Shown here: in pieces, positions 1 through 7,543 of the stretch
Numbering within the stretch: the first letter of the stretch is position 1
How the letters are laid out: the number at the start of each line of letters is the position of its first letter
Virus record (IMG/VR): IMGVR_UViG_2529293240_000015
Span: 1 to 10,110 of that record
Strand: one strand, 5' to 3'
DNA: 10,110 nucleotides
Source of the DNA: a virus
Taxonomy: Duplodnaviria > Heunggongvirae > Uroviricota > Caudoviricetes
Translations under genes and position numbers: made by a program
Notes under the pieces: generated by a model
Seen by the model: only the letters and a program-made list of their open reading frames with translations
What the model was told of the DNA's origin: nothing
The model's database searches: none

Positions 1-39
1 ATGTTTACGCTGGCGGAAACGGGTTAGCGTTTGCCCCAG
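1..39 (-). pseudogene. dpiA: dpiA (citB) response regulator, distal part of the insertion-disrupted gene (partial, continues beyond window start)
   Basis: Reverse complement of 39..1 translates LGQTLTRFRQRKH, continuing in frame the receiver-domain ORF interrupted at 8305 (...YERLG). Matches my recollection of E. coli DpiA (...ERLGQTLTRFRQRK...). Not verified by search. Confidence 0.75.
35..39. repeat. Left copy of 5-bp target-site duplication CCCAG flanking the Mu-like element
   Basis: CCCAG lies immediately outside the left phage end (TG at 40..41) and is repeated identically at 8305..8309 immediately outside the right end (CA at 8303..8304). A 5-bp duplication is the known Mu transposition signature. 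Confidence 0.85.
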
Positions 40-250
40 TGTATTGATTCACTTGAAGTACGAAAAAACCGGGAGAACATTGGATTATTCGGGATCTGAT
101 GGGATTAGATTTGGTGGGGCTTGCAAGCCTGTAGTACAAATTTTAGGCGTTAACCAATGAAACGCGAAAGATAGTAAAAAATTGCTTTTGTTTCATTGAA
201 AAAACGAAAACAAAAACACTATAAATCATTTCAATCATAGCTTCAAAAAA
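40..250 (+). other. Mu-type left end (attL) with transposase-binding repeats (L1-L3 region)
   Basis: Terminal 5'-TG; repeated TGxTTCAYT...CGAAA(A) motifs, e.g. TTGATTCACTTGAAGTACGAAAAAA near 44..68 and TGTTTCATTGAAAAAACGAAAAC near 199..221; matches recalled Mu left-end sequence almost base for base. Extent is approximate. Confidence 0.7.
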
Positions 251-375
251 CGTTCAAAACCGATAACAACCAGGCTGTCACCAAATGACTCATATCACAA
301 ATCAGCTCATGCCGTTTAGGTATGTTACATGTGTGATTATGTGAGGTTAAGTATGTTTTAGCTGGCTCATGGTTG

Positions 376-885
376 TTATACGGCTTTTTTCGCATCTTGT
401 GGTTCCAACAAAGGAGCTACAGGCTCTTCCTGTTTATGAACACCATACATTGACAAAATCTCTTGGCGAGTTTCTGGAGGTAATTTATGCAGCGCCAAAG
501 CTGTTTGTAGTGTTTGGCGATCAATACCCAGCGTTGCCAATAGGGTGTCAACGGAGATGGAGGGGCGTTCTTGCATTAATCCGGAAAGCCCATATTTAGC
601 CATGTTTAGCTCTATCTCTCGGACTTCATTTTCTCCTAGTTTATTGATTAACAGGGAGAACATTTTCAATGTATCAGCATTCATTTCTTCGATAGCAATT
701 TTTTGCATAGCCGGTATTGCCGGGATATATTCAACCCCAGGCCCGCGACGCCCTTCTTGTGAACGCTTCGGCCATCCTTCTTTCTTTGCTCGTTTATGCA
801 CCCCCTGTATTGTCCCAGGCATTCCATCCAGTTCAGTAATTTGTTTGGGTGTCATCCACTGGTTTATCTCATTTGCGCTTTTCAT
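376..885 (-). CDS. c: Mu-like phage repressor c (immunity repressor), 169 aa
   Basis: Divergent from ner, as in Mu. N-terminal motif LDGMPGTIQGVHKRAKKEGWPKRSQEGRRGPGVEY is paralogous to the N-terminus of the transposase in this same window ([33 protein letters not shown]); the repressor and MuA share this DNA-binding domain in Mu. Confidence 0.8.
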   Translation of the reverse strand: MKSANEINQWMTPKQITELDGMPGTIQGVHKRAKKEGWPKRSQEGRRGPGVEYIPAIPAMQKIAIEEMNADTLKMFSLLINKLGENEVREIELNMAKYGLSGLMQERPSISVDTLLATLGIDRQTLQTALALHKLPPETRQEILSMYGVHKQEEPVAPLLEPQDAKKAV

Positions 886-1047
886 AAACTAAGTTTACCA
901 GATTTATCTATATAAAAATCAATGGATTACAAAATAAACCACATCAACTGATATAAATCGATTGGGTTTATTTGGTTTATATGGCAATGTATAAAACAGA
1001 TAATCAAGACGAATTATTTGTTTTGATAACCCTTTATCATACGCAAT
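886..1047. promoter_or_regulatory. c/ner divergent operator and early promoter region (Mu O1-O3, Pe/Pc equivalent) with an IHF consensus match
   Basis: AT-rich 160-bp intergenic region between divergent c and ner; AATCAATGGATTA at 917..929 fits the IHF consensus WATCAANNNNTTR; repeated GGTTTAT motifs at about 975..995. Individual operators not delimited. Confidence 0.5.
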
Positions 1048-1302
1048 ATGGTTGGTGTGCGAAAGATGAGTAACGATTGGCATCGGGCCGACGTGATTGC
1101 GGCCCTCAAAAAAACAGGAACCCCTCTGGCAAAATTGTCCAGACGTTCAGGTTATTCAACCGGGACGCTTGCAAATGCATTAGTCAGGCCATGGCCTAAA
1201 GGTGAACGCATTATTGCTGACGCCTTAAACATGAAACCTGAGGAAATTTGGCCTAGTAGATATCTAAGGGATCACAATGAGAGAGTGGATATCAGCAATT
1301 GA
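1048..1302 (+). CDS. ner: Ner-like DNA-binding transcriptional regulator (Mu Ner / E. coli Nlp family)
   Basis: DWHRADVIAALKK...TLANAL..PWPKGERIIADAL..KPEEIWPSRY matches the Ner/Nlp family signature. True start may be the second ATG at 1066 (MSNDWHR...). Confidence 0.85.
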   Translation: MVGVRKMSNDWHRADVIAALKKTGTPLAKLSRRSGYSTGTLANALVRPWPKGERIIADALNMKPEEIWPSRYLRDHNERVDISN

Positions 1303-2912
1303 ATGCATGGGTTTATCTGGTTTACCTGGTTCATTAATGGGGGGTTCACAAAAGAGCTCAGAGAGAAGGATGGCTCAAGAGAAGAAGAGAAGGAATTAGA
1401 GGGGTTGCTTACGAATACCATATATCTTCTCTTCCTAACATTGCTCGAGCTGAAGTTTTGCTCCAACAAGGAAAATTTAAAACCAGTCAGGGATGTTTTG
1501 AAATCGCCCGCCCCACGCTGGAAGCTCATGATTATGATCGTGAGGCACTATGGAGCAAATGGGATAAAGCCAGCGATTCCCAGCGCAGCCTGGCTGAAAA
1601 ATGGTTGCCCTCAATTCAGGCCACAGACGAAATGCTGAACCAGGGGATTTCAACGAAAACGGCTTTTGCGACCGTTGCAGGGCATTACCAGGTCAGCGCA
1701 TCCACTTTGCGGGACAAGTATTACCAGGTACAGAAGTTTGCGAAGCCTGACTGGGCGGCTGCACTTGTTGATGGACGTGGAGCATCCCGTCGCAATGTTC
1801 ACAAAAGTGAATTTGACAAGGATGCCTGGCAGTTTCTGATTGCAGATTATCTGCGACCGGAAAAACCCGCCTTCCGCAAATGTTATGAGCGTCTGGAACT
1901 GGCAGCCCGCGAGCATGGCTGGAGTATTCCCTCCCGTGCCACGGCCTTTCGCCGGATTCAGCAACTGGACGAGGCAATGGTTGTTGCCTGTCGTGAAGGT
2001 GAACATGCACTGATGCATCTGATACCGGCACAGCAGCGAACTGTGGAACACCTGGACGCCATGCAGTGGATCAACGGCGACGGTTATCTGCATAACGTCT
2101 TTGTACGCTGGTTTAACGGTGATGTGATCCGTCCGAAAACATGGTTCTGGCAGGATGTGAAAACCCGAAAAATTCTGGGCTGGCGCTGCGATGTGAGCGA
2201 GAACATTGATTCAATTCGCCTCTCGTTCATGGATGTTGTGACTCGCTACAGTATCCCGGAGGATTTTCACATCACCATTGATAACACCCGTGGTGCTGCG
2301 AATAAATGGCTGACGGGAGGCGCGCCCAATCGCTACCGCTTTAAGGTAAAAGAGGACGATCCAAAAGGACTGTTTTTACTGATGGGTGCGAAAATGCACT
2401 GGACAAGCGTTGTTGCCGGTAAAGGCTGGGGCCAGGCAAAACCTGTTGAACGTGCTTTCGGTGTTGGTGGGCTTGAGGAATACGTTGATAAGCATCCGGC
2501 ACTGGCTGGCGCATATACGGGGCCAAATCCGCAGGCAAAACCTGATAACTATGGCGACCGCGCTGTTGATGCAGAGCTGTTTCTGAAAACCCTTGCCGAA
2601 GGTGTGGCGATGTTCAATGCCAGAACAGGCCGTGAAACAGAAATGTGCGGGGGCAAACTCTCGTTTGATGATGTTTTCGAGCGTGAATACGCCAGAACGA
2701 TTGTGCGTAAGCCAACCGAAGAACAAAAACGGATGCTGTTACTGCCTGCCGAGGCAGTGAACGTTTCACGCAAAGGCGAGTTTACGCTTAAAGTTGGCGG
2801 CTCCCTTAAAGGCGCGAAAAACGTTTATTACAACATGGCATTAATGAATGCCGGAGTGAAAAAAGTTGTGGTCAGATTTGATCCACAGCAGTTACACAGC
2901 ACGGTTTATTGA
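1277..2912 (+). pseudogene. A: Mu-like transposase A, pseudogene: +1 frameshift in G6 run at 1339..1344 and C-terminal truncation by IS600 at 2910
   Basis: ATG at 1277 gives [23 protein letters not shown] (cf. Mu MELWVSPKECANLPGLPKTSAGV); after GGGGGG the homologous frame shifts by one base ([10 protein letters not shown]...[27 protein letters not shown]...), continuing through the DDE core ([19 protein letters not shown]) to ...QQLHSTVY, where the TGA stop is supplied by the IS600 terminus. Mu A has about 100 further C-terminal residues (CYTLDGRF...) that are absent. Confidence 0.9.
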
Positions 2913-2973
2913 GGTAGCCTGAGTTTAACGGACACTCCTTCCTGAAATAGAATGGCATCAGAAGGAGCTAATA

Positions 2974-3276
2974 ATGAGCAGAAAAACCCAACGTTACTCT
3001 AAAGAGTTCAAAGCCGAAGCTGTCAGAACGGTTCTTGAAAATCAACTTTCGATCAGTGAAGGCGCTTCCCGATTATCTCTTCCTGAAGGCACTTTAGGAC
3101 AATGGGTTACCGCCGCCAGAAAAGGGCTCGGTACTCCTGGTTCCCGCACGGTGGCTGAACTGGAATCTGAAATTCTGCAACTGCGTAAGGCGTTAAATGA
3201 AGCTCGCCTTGAGCGAGATATATTAAAAAAAGCAACAGCGTATTTTGCACAGGAGTCGCTGAAAAATACGCGTTAA
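2974..3276 (+). CDS. IS600 OrfA (IS3-family transposase N-terminal, HTH/leucine-zipper protein)
   Basis: MSRKTQRYSKEFKAEAVRTVLENQLSISEGASRLSLPEGTLGQWV...; AGGAG Shine-Dalgarno at 2963..2967. Confidence 0.9.
   Translation: MSRKTQRYSKEFKAEAVRTVLENQLSISEGASRLSLPEGTLGQWVTAARKGLGTPGSRTVAELESEILQLRKALNEARLERDILKKATAYFAQESLKNTR
3225..3231 (+). other. IS600 programmed -1 ribosomal frameshift slippery run (A7 followed by G) joining orfA to orfB
   Basis: tta aaa aaa g in the orfA frame; shifting -1 here continues in the orfB frame (orfB is in frame 0, orfA in frame 1), giving the OrfAB fusion typical of IS3-family elements. Confidence 0.7.
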
Positions 3277-3311
3277 TCGAACAATGGCGACAACAATTTC
3301 CCATTGAAGCG

Positions 3312-4130
3312 ATGTGTCAGGTATTTGGTGTATCCAGGAGCGGTTATTACAACTGGGTACAGCATGAACCCTCAGACAGAAAACAAAGTGATGAGCGGCT
3401 AAAACTGGAGATTAAGGTGGCACATATCCGCACTCGCGAAACATATGGAACCCGGCGGCTCCAGACGGAGCTGGCAGAGAATGGCATCATCGTTGGTCGT
3501 GACCGACTGGCACGTCTTCGTAAGGAGCTAAGGCTACGCTGTAAGCAGAAACGCAAGTTCAGAGCGACTACGAACCCGAACCACAATCTGCCAGTTGCGC
3601 CAAATCTGCTGAACCAGACGTTCGCTCCTACAGCACCAAATCAGGTCTGGGTGGCGGACCTGACGTATGTTGCCACACAGGAGGGATGGTTGTACCTCGC
3701 TGGCATCAAAGATGTTTATACGTGCGAAATTGTCGGCTACGCCATGGGAGAGCGCATGACAAAAGAGCTGACAGGTAAAGCCCTGTTTATGGCGCTCAGG
3801 AGCCAGCGCCCACCTGCCGGGCTAATCCACCACTCTGATCGAGGTTCACAGTACTGCGCATACGATTACCGGGTCATACAGGAGCAGTTTGGTCTGAAAA
3901 CATCAATGTCGCGTAAAGGTAACTGTTACGACAACGCTCCGATGGAAAGCTTCTGGGGAACGCTGAAAAATGAGAGCCTGAGCCACTATCGTTTTAATAA
4001 CCGGGATGAAGCCATCTCAGTAATACGGGAATACATTGAGATTTTCTACAATCGTCAGCGTCGTCACTCTCGTCTGGGGAATATCTCCCCGGCAGCCTTC
4101 AGGGAAAAATATCATCAGATGGCTGCTTAA
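3312..4130 (+). CDS. IS600 OrfB (IS3-family DDE transposase catalytic domain; expressed as OrfAB fusion)
   Basis: ...QVWVADLTYV...IHHSDRGSQY...NAPMESFWGTLKNE... is the IS3-family integrase-like DDE core; the reading frame is open upstream of the 3312 ATG back to the slippery site. Confidence 0.9.
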   Translation: MCQVFGVSRSGYYNWVQHEPSDRKQSDERLKLEIKVAHIRTRETYGTRRLQTELAENGIIVGRDRLARLRKELRLRCKQKRKFRATTNPNHNLPVAPNLLNQTFAPTAPNQVWVADLTYVATQEGWLYLAGIKDVYTCEIVGYAMGERMTKELTGKALFMALRSQRPPAGLIHHSDRGSQYCAYDYRVIQEQFGLKTSMSRKGNCYDNAPMESFWGTLKNESLSHYRFNNRDEAISVIREYIEIFYNRQRRHSRLGNISPAAFREKYHQMAA

Positions 4131-4173
4131 AAAAAGAACAAATGGTAGTGTCCGCTATTGCCAGTACACCTCA

Positions 4174-4890
4174 AACAATAAGGTCATTACAGATACAGGT
4201 TGCGGAAATATTTGTCTTGCAGGTGCTGTGGTGGAAGTTACTGGCACTCGCGGCGCAATGACCATACGCGTTACTACGCCAAGTACGTCCAGCGGCGGCG
4301 GAATCACTAACGCTCAATTCACTTATATTAATCATGGTGATGCTTATGCTCCTGGCTGGCGAAGAGACTACAATACGAAAAACCAGCAGCCTGCATTTGC
4401 TTTAGGGCAAACAGGAAGCAGGGTTGCAAATGATAAAGCTGTTGGCTGGAACTGGAATAGCGGTGTTTATGATGCAAATATCAGCGGTGCATCAACATTA
4501 ATCCTCCACTTCAATAAGAATACGGGGAGCTGCCCTGCTGTACAGTTCCGTGTGAATTATAAGAACGGCGGTATTTTTTATCGTTCAGCGCGTGATGGTT
4601 ATGGATTTGAGGCTGGCTGGTCAGAGTTTTACACCACAACACGCAAGCCATCAGCGAGAGATGTTGGCGCATATACGCAGGCAGAATGTAACTCAAGGTT
4701 TATTACAGGTATTCGCCTTGGTGGTCTGTCATCTGTTCGGACATGGAATGGTCCCGGCTGGTCTGACAGGTCAGGTTATGTTGTTACCGGTTCCGTTAAC
4801 TCAAACAGAGATGAACTAATTGATACAACTCAGGCAAGGCCAATTCAGTATTGCATTAATGGGACGTGGTATAACGCGGGGAGTATTTAA
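4174..4890 (+). pseudogene. S: Tail-fibre variable C-terminal region (Mu S variable part equivalent), 5'-truncated at the IS600 boundary
   Basis: Frame is open from inside IS600 (the track ORF at 4036 is a chimera); C-terminus ...RPIQYCINGTWYNAGSI parallels the end of the minus-strand cassette (...[17 protein letters not shown]); immediately followed by a tail-fibre assembly gene. No phage-derived start or constant region is present. Confidence 0.7.
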
Positions 4891-4892
4891 CG

Positions 4893-5426
4893 ATGATGCA
4901 CTTAAAAAACATTTCTGCTGGTAATCCTGAAACAAAAGAGCAATACCAGCTAACGAAACAATTTAACATCAAATGGCTTTATACAGAGGATGGGAAAAAC
5001 TGGTATGAGGAACAAAAGAACTTTCAGCCTGATACGTTGAAAATGGTCTATGACCACAACGGCGTTATTATTTGTATTGAAAAGGATGTTTCAGCAATTA
5101 ATCCGGAAGGCGCAAGCGTCGTTGAGGTTCCTGATATTACAGCAAATCACCGGGCTGATATTTCAGGTAAATGGATGTTCAAAGATGGCATAGTGATAAA
5201 GCGAACTTATACCGGGGAAGAGCAGAGGCAACAAGTGGAAAATGAAAAGCAAAGCCTGTTGCAACTTGTCAGGGATAAAACCCAGCTATGGGACTCACAG
5301 CTACGGCTGGGCATCATTTCCGCCGGGAATAAGCAGAAATTAACCGAGTGGATGCTCTACGCGCAGAAGGTCGAATCCACAGACACCTCCAGTCTGCCAG
5401 TAACGTTTCCCGAACAACCAGAATGA
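4893..5426 (+). CDS. U: Tail-fibre assembly protein (Mu U-like chaperone), 177 aa
   Basis: MMHLKNISAGN...DGKNWYEEQKNFQPDT...[28 protein letters not shown] is the Tfa/U family signature; starts 2 nt after the tail-fibre stop. Confidence 0.8.
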   Translation: MMHLKNISAGNPETKEQYQLTKQFNIKWLYTEDGKNWYEEQKNFQPDTLKMVYDHNGVIICIEKDVSAINPEGASVVEVPDITANHRADISGKWMFKDGIVIKRTYTGEEQRQQVENEKQSLLQLVRDKTQLWDSQLRLGIISAGNKQKLTEWMLYAQKVESTDTSSLPVTFPEQPE

Positions 5427-5431
5427 GAGAA

Positions 5432-5457
5432 GGCCCGCTATCGGGCCTTAATTTTTA
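5432..5457 (+). terminator. Rho-independent terminator hairpin between the convergent U and U' genes
   Basis: GGCCCG-ctat-CGGGCC stem-loop (5432..5447) followed by TTAATTTTTA on the plus strand, directly after the U stop codon. Confidence 0.6.
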
Positions 5458-5982
5458 CTCTGGTTTTTGTGGCCATTCTGGCTTTGCCGTATCCACACGG
5501 CTGACCAGAACACTGTAGCGTTCCCATGACTCCAGTCGTGCGCGTTCCTCATCTGTTGCCATATTCAGCCTGACAGAGCGCTCCAGCGGCTGGATGACTG
5601 ATTCAGCTTCGGAAAGCAATGCGGCTTTTTGTGATTCGGCCTGTTGCTGCTGTTCGTCTGCCGTATAAATCCGCTTAACCACAGCTCCGTCCTTAAACAT
5701 CCACTTCCCGGAATCATCGGCACGACGATTTGCTGTTATATCGGGGACCTCAACGACGCTAAAGCCTTCAGGATTAAGCGTGGAGGCATCTTTAGTGATG
5801 GCGACAATAATATTATTTTCATCGTAAACAATCTTTATTGTATCTGGCTGAAAGTTCTTCACTTCCCCATACCAGTTTTTTCCGTCTTCTGTCCACAACC
5901 AGATTACGTCAAAATTCTTTGTTAATTCGTACTGTTCCAGTGTTTTAGCGTTACCCGCTTTAATGTTCTTTAAGTGCATCAT
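5455..5982 (-). CDS. U': Tail-fibre assembly protein (Mu U'-like chaperone), 175 aa
   Basis: Paralogue of the plus-strand U ([11 protein letters not shown]...[16 protein letters not shown]...[19 protein letters not shown]), encoded convergently, as in the Mu invertible G segment. Confidence 0.8.
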   Translation of the reverse strand: MMHLKNIKAGNAKTLEQYELTKNFDVIWLWTEDGKNWYGEVKNFQPDTIKIVYDENNIIVAITKDASTLNPEGFSVVEVPDITANRRADDSGKWMFKDGAVVKRIYTADEQQQQAESQKAALLSEAESVIQPLERSVRLNMATDEERARLESWERYSVLVSRVDTAKPEWPQKPE

Positions 5983-5983
5983 A

Positions 5984-6970
5984 TTAAACGCTCGCTACAT
6001 TATACCAAGTGCCATTTATATACTTTTGAATCGGTCTGTAATAAACACCCGCAATATTATCGGCAGAGTTGGAACCTGTATCCTGAACATTAATACCAGA
6101 CAATACATGACCTGAAGGGCACTGAAAATTCCATGTTTGCCAGTTGTTCACTCCATAATATTGCTGTGAACCAAGTCGAACATCTTTCACATATCTGGAA
6201 TCAAAATTGCCATAGTTGCCGGGAATAACTTGCGAACCGCAAAGCCAGTTCCCGTTATTATCCATGTACGCCTGACCATCGGTGCCATTGGCTGTCCTTG
6301 AGTTATTAATCATGTAGATGCCAAATTGCCTATTCCCCAGCCCACCAATTACGAATTTACGGTCGGTATGGTCCTGGCGAAGCAATGCCTGCGCACCATC
6401 GTTGGATACCGCATTACGGCCCATAATAACGTTCTGGTCACGCATATGAATCCACATGCCTGTACTGCTGTTAATTAAAAAACGGTTTGTAAATATATCT
6501 CCTGTAACAACCAGACCATGCCCCATGCTTATCCGGCCAGTTCTGAGATTAAGCGTAAAGGGGCGTAGTGGCCCTATATTACCATTTTCCCCTTCATTCT
6601 CTCGTGTAGGGATGATATGCAGGCATTCTTCAGAACGACGAAAAATGGCACCAAAAGATGAATTAAATATTCTCAGTGCATTGACCGTCGATATTTTTAC
6701 TTCACTGCTGAAAAGGGCTTTAACAAGAACATACAGAGCATCCCATTTAAGATTCATCAGGTCTTTAACCCGGCCGCCAGTGAGGTGGTGTCTCCATTTG
6801 AAATACTCATTGCCGTTGTCGCCTGTTTCAAACCACATGTATGAATCAGTATCGCTGTCGGCATCATTTTTAAATCCAATCTTTGCCCAGTCAGTATTCC
6901 GAATCCAGGCAAGGATTGAGTCGTTTTCAAAAGTAAGTCCACCGGACAACGTATCGCCATTTTTTTGCAC
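5984..6970 (-). CDS. S': Alternative tail-fibre variable cassette (Mu S' variable part equivalent); not a self-standing gene in the intact phage
   Basis: C-terminus ...[19 protein letters not shown]; stop is 1 nt from the U' start; the reading frame stays open upstream through the gix-like site (to at least 7043). In Mu this cassette is only expressed after inversion fuses it to the constant part of S. The track start at 6970 is a GTG. Confidence 0.7.
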   Translation of the reverse strand: MQKNGDTLSGGLTFENDSILAWIRNTDWAKIGFKNDADSDTDSYMWFETGDNGNEYFKWRHHLTGGRVKDLMNLKWDALYVLVKALFSSEVKISTVNALRIFNSSFGAIFRRSEECLHIIPTRENEGENGNIGPLRPFTLNLRTGRISMGHGLVVTGDIFTNRFLINSSTGMWIHMRDQNVIMGRNAVSNDGAQALLRQDHTDRKFVIGGLGNRQFGIYMINNSRTANGTDGQAYMDNNGNWLCGSQVIPGNYGNFDSRYVKDVRLGSQQYYGVNNWQTWNFQCPSGHVLSGINVQDTGSNSADNIAGVYYRPIQKYINGTWYNVASV

Positions 6971-6995
6971 GGCGTTACCAGCCTTGTTTACCGTT

Positions 6996-7021
6996 TCCTG
7001 TAAACCGAGGGGCCGTTTCTG
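6996..7021. other. gix-like recombination site at the right border of the tail-fibre cassette region (only one half-site recognisable)
   Basis: TTCCTGTAAACCGAGG at 6996..7011 matches the Gin crossover site as I recall it (TTCCTGTAAACC-GA-GGTTTTGGATAA); the following half (GGCCGTTTCTGG) does not match. No partner site was found at the left border near 4174. Confidence 0.45.
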
Positions 7022-7063
7022 GCCTGCATGGCATGATTTCCGCTTTTAAACGGGGAATTCAGC

Positions 7064-7261
7064 GTGCTGATTGGCTATGTAAGGGTATCAACAAATGACC
7101 AGAATACAGACCTGCAACGAAACGCTCTTGTTTGTGCAGGATGTGAACAAATATTTGAAGATAAATTAAGCGGAACAAGGACAGACCGACCGGGATTAAA
7201 ACGTGCTTTAAAGCGCCTTCAAAAAGGAACGCATATAGAAAACGACGATCGAATCAATTAA
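7064..7261 (+). pseudogene. gin: gin DNA invertase remnant: in-frame internal deletion leaving 65 aa (N-terminal 55 aa plus C-terminal THIENDDRIN)
   Basis: MLIGYVRVSTNDQNTDLQRNALVCAGCEQIFEDKLSGTRTDRPGLKRALKRLQKG matches the Gin/Hin serine-recombinase N-terminus including the catalytic Ser (VRVST); it then joins directly to the recalled Gin C-terminal tail (..HIENDDRIN). About 128 codons of catalytic and HTH domains are missing, relative to a roughly 190-aa Gin. Confidence 0.85.
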
Positions 7262-7354
7262 ATCGATCTGTATTACCGATCGATTATGTCCCGATAACCA
7301 CACCCGACTGATGAGATTTTTTAAGATAACGGCGAATTGATGCAAGGAGGTGAA
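7247..7354 (+). promoter_or_regulatory. mom operon regulatory region: three GATC (Dam) sites including an 8-bp inverted repeat, upstream of com
   Basis: GATC at 7247..7250, 7265..7268 and 7278..7281; AATCGATC (7261..7268) and GATCGATT (7278..7285) form an inverted repeat. In Mu this cluster is the Dam-methylation-sensitive OxyR-binding region of Pmom. GGAGG Shine-Dalgarno at 7346..7350. Confidence 0.65.
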
Positions 7355-7543
7355 ATGAAATCAATTCGCTGTAAGAACTGCAACAAACTGTTATTTAAAG
7401 CGGATTCCTTTGATCACATTGAAATCAGGTGTCCGCGTTGCAAACGTCACATCATAATGCTGAATGCCTGCGAGCATCCCACGGAGAAACATTGTGGGAA
7501 AAGAGAAGAAATCACGCATTCTGACGAAACCGTGCGTTATTGA
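7355..7543 (+). CDS. com: Com, zinc-finger translational activator of mom (62 aa)
   Basis: [61 protein letters not shown]; a Cys4 protein essentially identical to my recollection of Mu Com. Start chosen at the ATG preceded by GGAGG rather than the track ORF start at 7337. Confidence 0.85.
   Translation: MKSIRCKNCNKLLFKADSFDHIEIRCPRCKRHIIMLNACEHPTEKHCGKREEITHSDETVRY

Larger units (their letters stand above)
2910..4173 (+). mobile_element. IS600 (IS3 family), complete 1264-bp copy
   Basis: Imperfect terminal inverted repeats TGAGGTAGCCTGAGTTTAACGGACACT (2910..2936) and AGTGTCCGCTATTGCCAGTACACCTCA (4147..4173); orfA and orfB match remembered IS600 proteins; length 1264 bp equals the known IS600 size. 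Confidence 0.9.

Noticed and set aside
369-892. Plus-strand ORFs 369..599 and 545..892
   Set aside because: Both lie antisense to, and entirely within, the repressor gene, which has clear family similarity. No independent support.
1303-1638. 111-aa ORF starting at the ATG right after the ner stop
   Set aside because: Low-complexity translation with no family resemblance. It exists only because the transposase frame is shifted; the homologous A frame is the one described in the pseudogene call.
1650-2773. Five minus-strand ORFs (1650..2093, 1693..2031, 2341..2538, 2376..2726, 2549..2773) and plus-strand 2386..2586
   Set aside because: All are antisense or out of frame inside the well-supported transposase core; typical spurious ORFs of GC-rich coding DNA.
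3107-3586. Minus-strand ORFs 3107..3304 and 3347..3586 inside IS600
   Set aside because: Antisense to orfA/orfB; IS600 has no known genes on this strand.
4511-4819. ORFs 4511..4696 (-) and 4592..4819 (+) inside the tail-fibre fragment
   Set aside because: Embedded in or antisense to a coding region with clear tail-fibre character.
5644-7049. Plus-strand ORFs 5644..5925 and 6456..7049, and minus-strand 6757..6960
   Set aside because: Antisense or alternative-frame ORFs within the U' and S' cassettes.
7337-7354. Upstream ATG start for com giving [12 protein letters not shown]...
   Set aside because: The ATG at 7355 is directly preceded by GGAGG at optimal spacing and gives the 62-aa Com I recall; the upstream start would place the Shine-Dalgarno inside the ORF.
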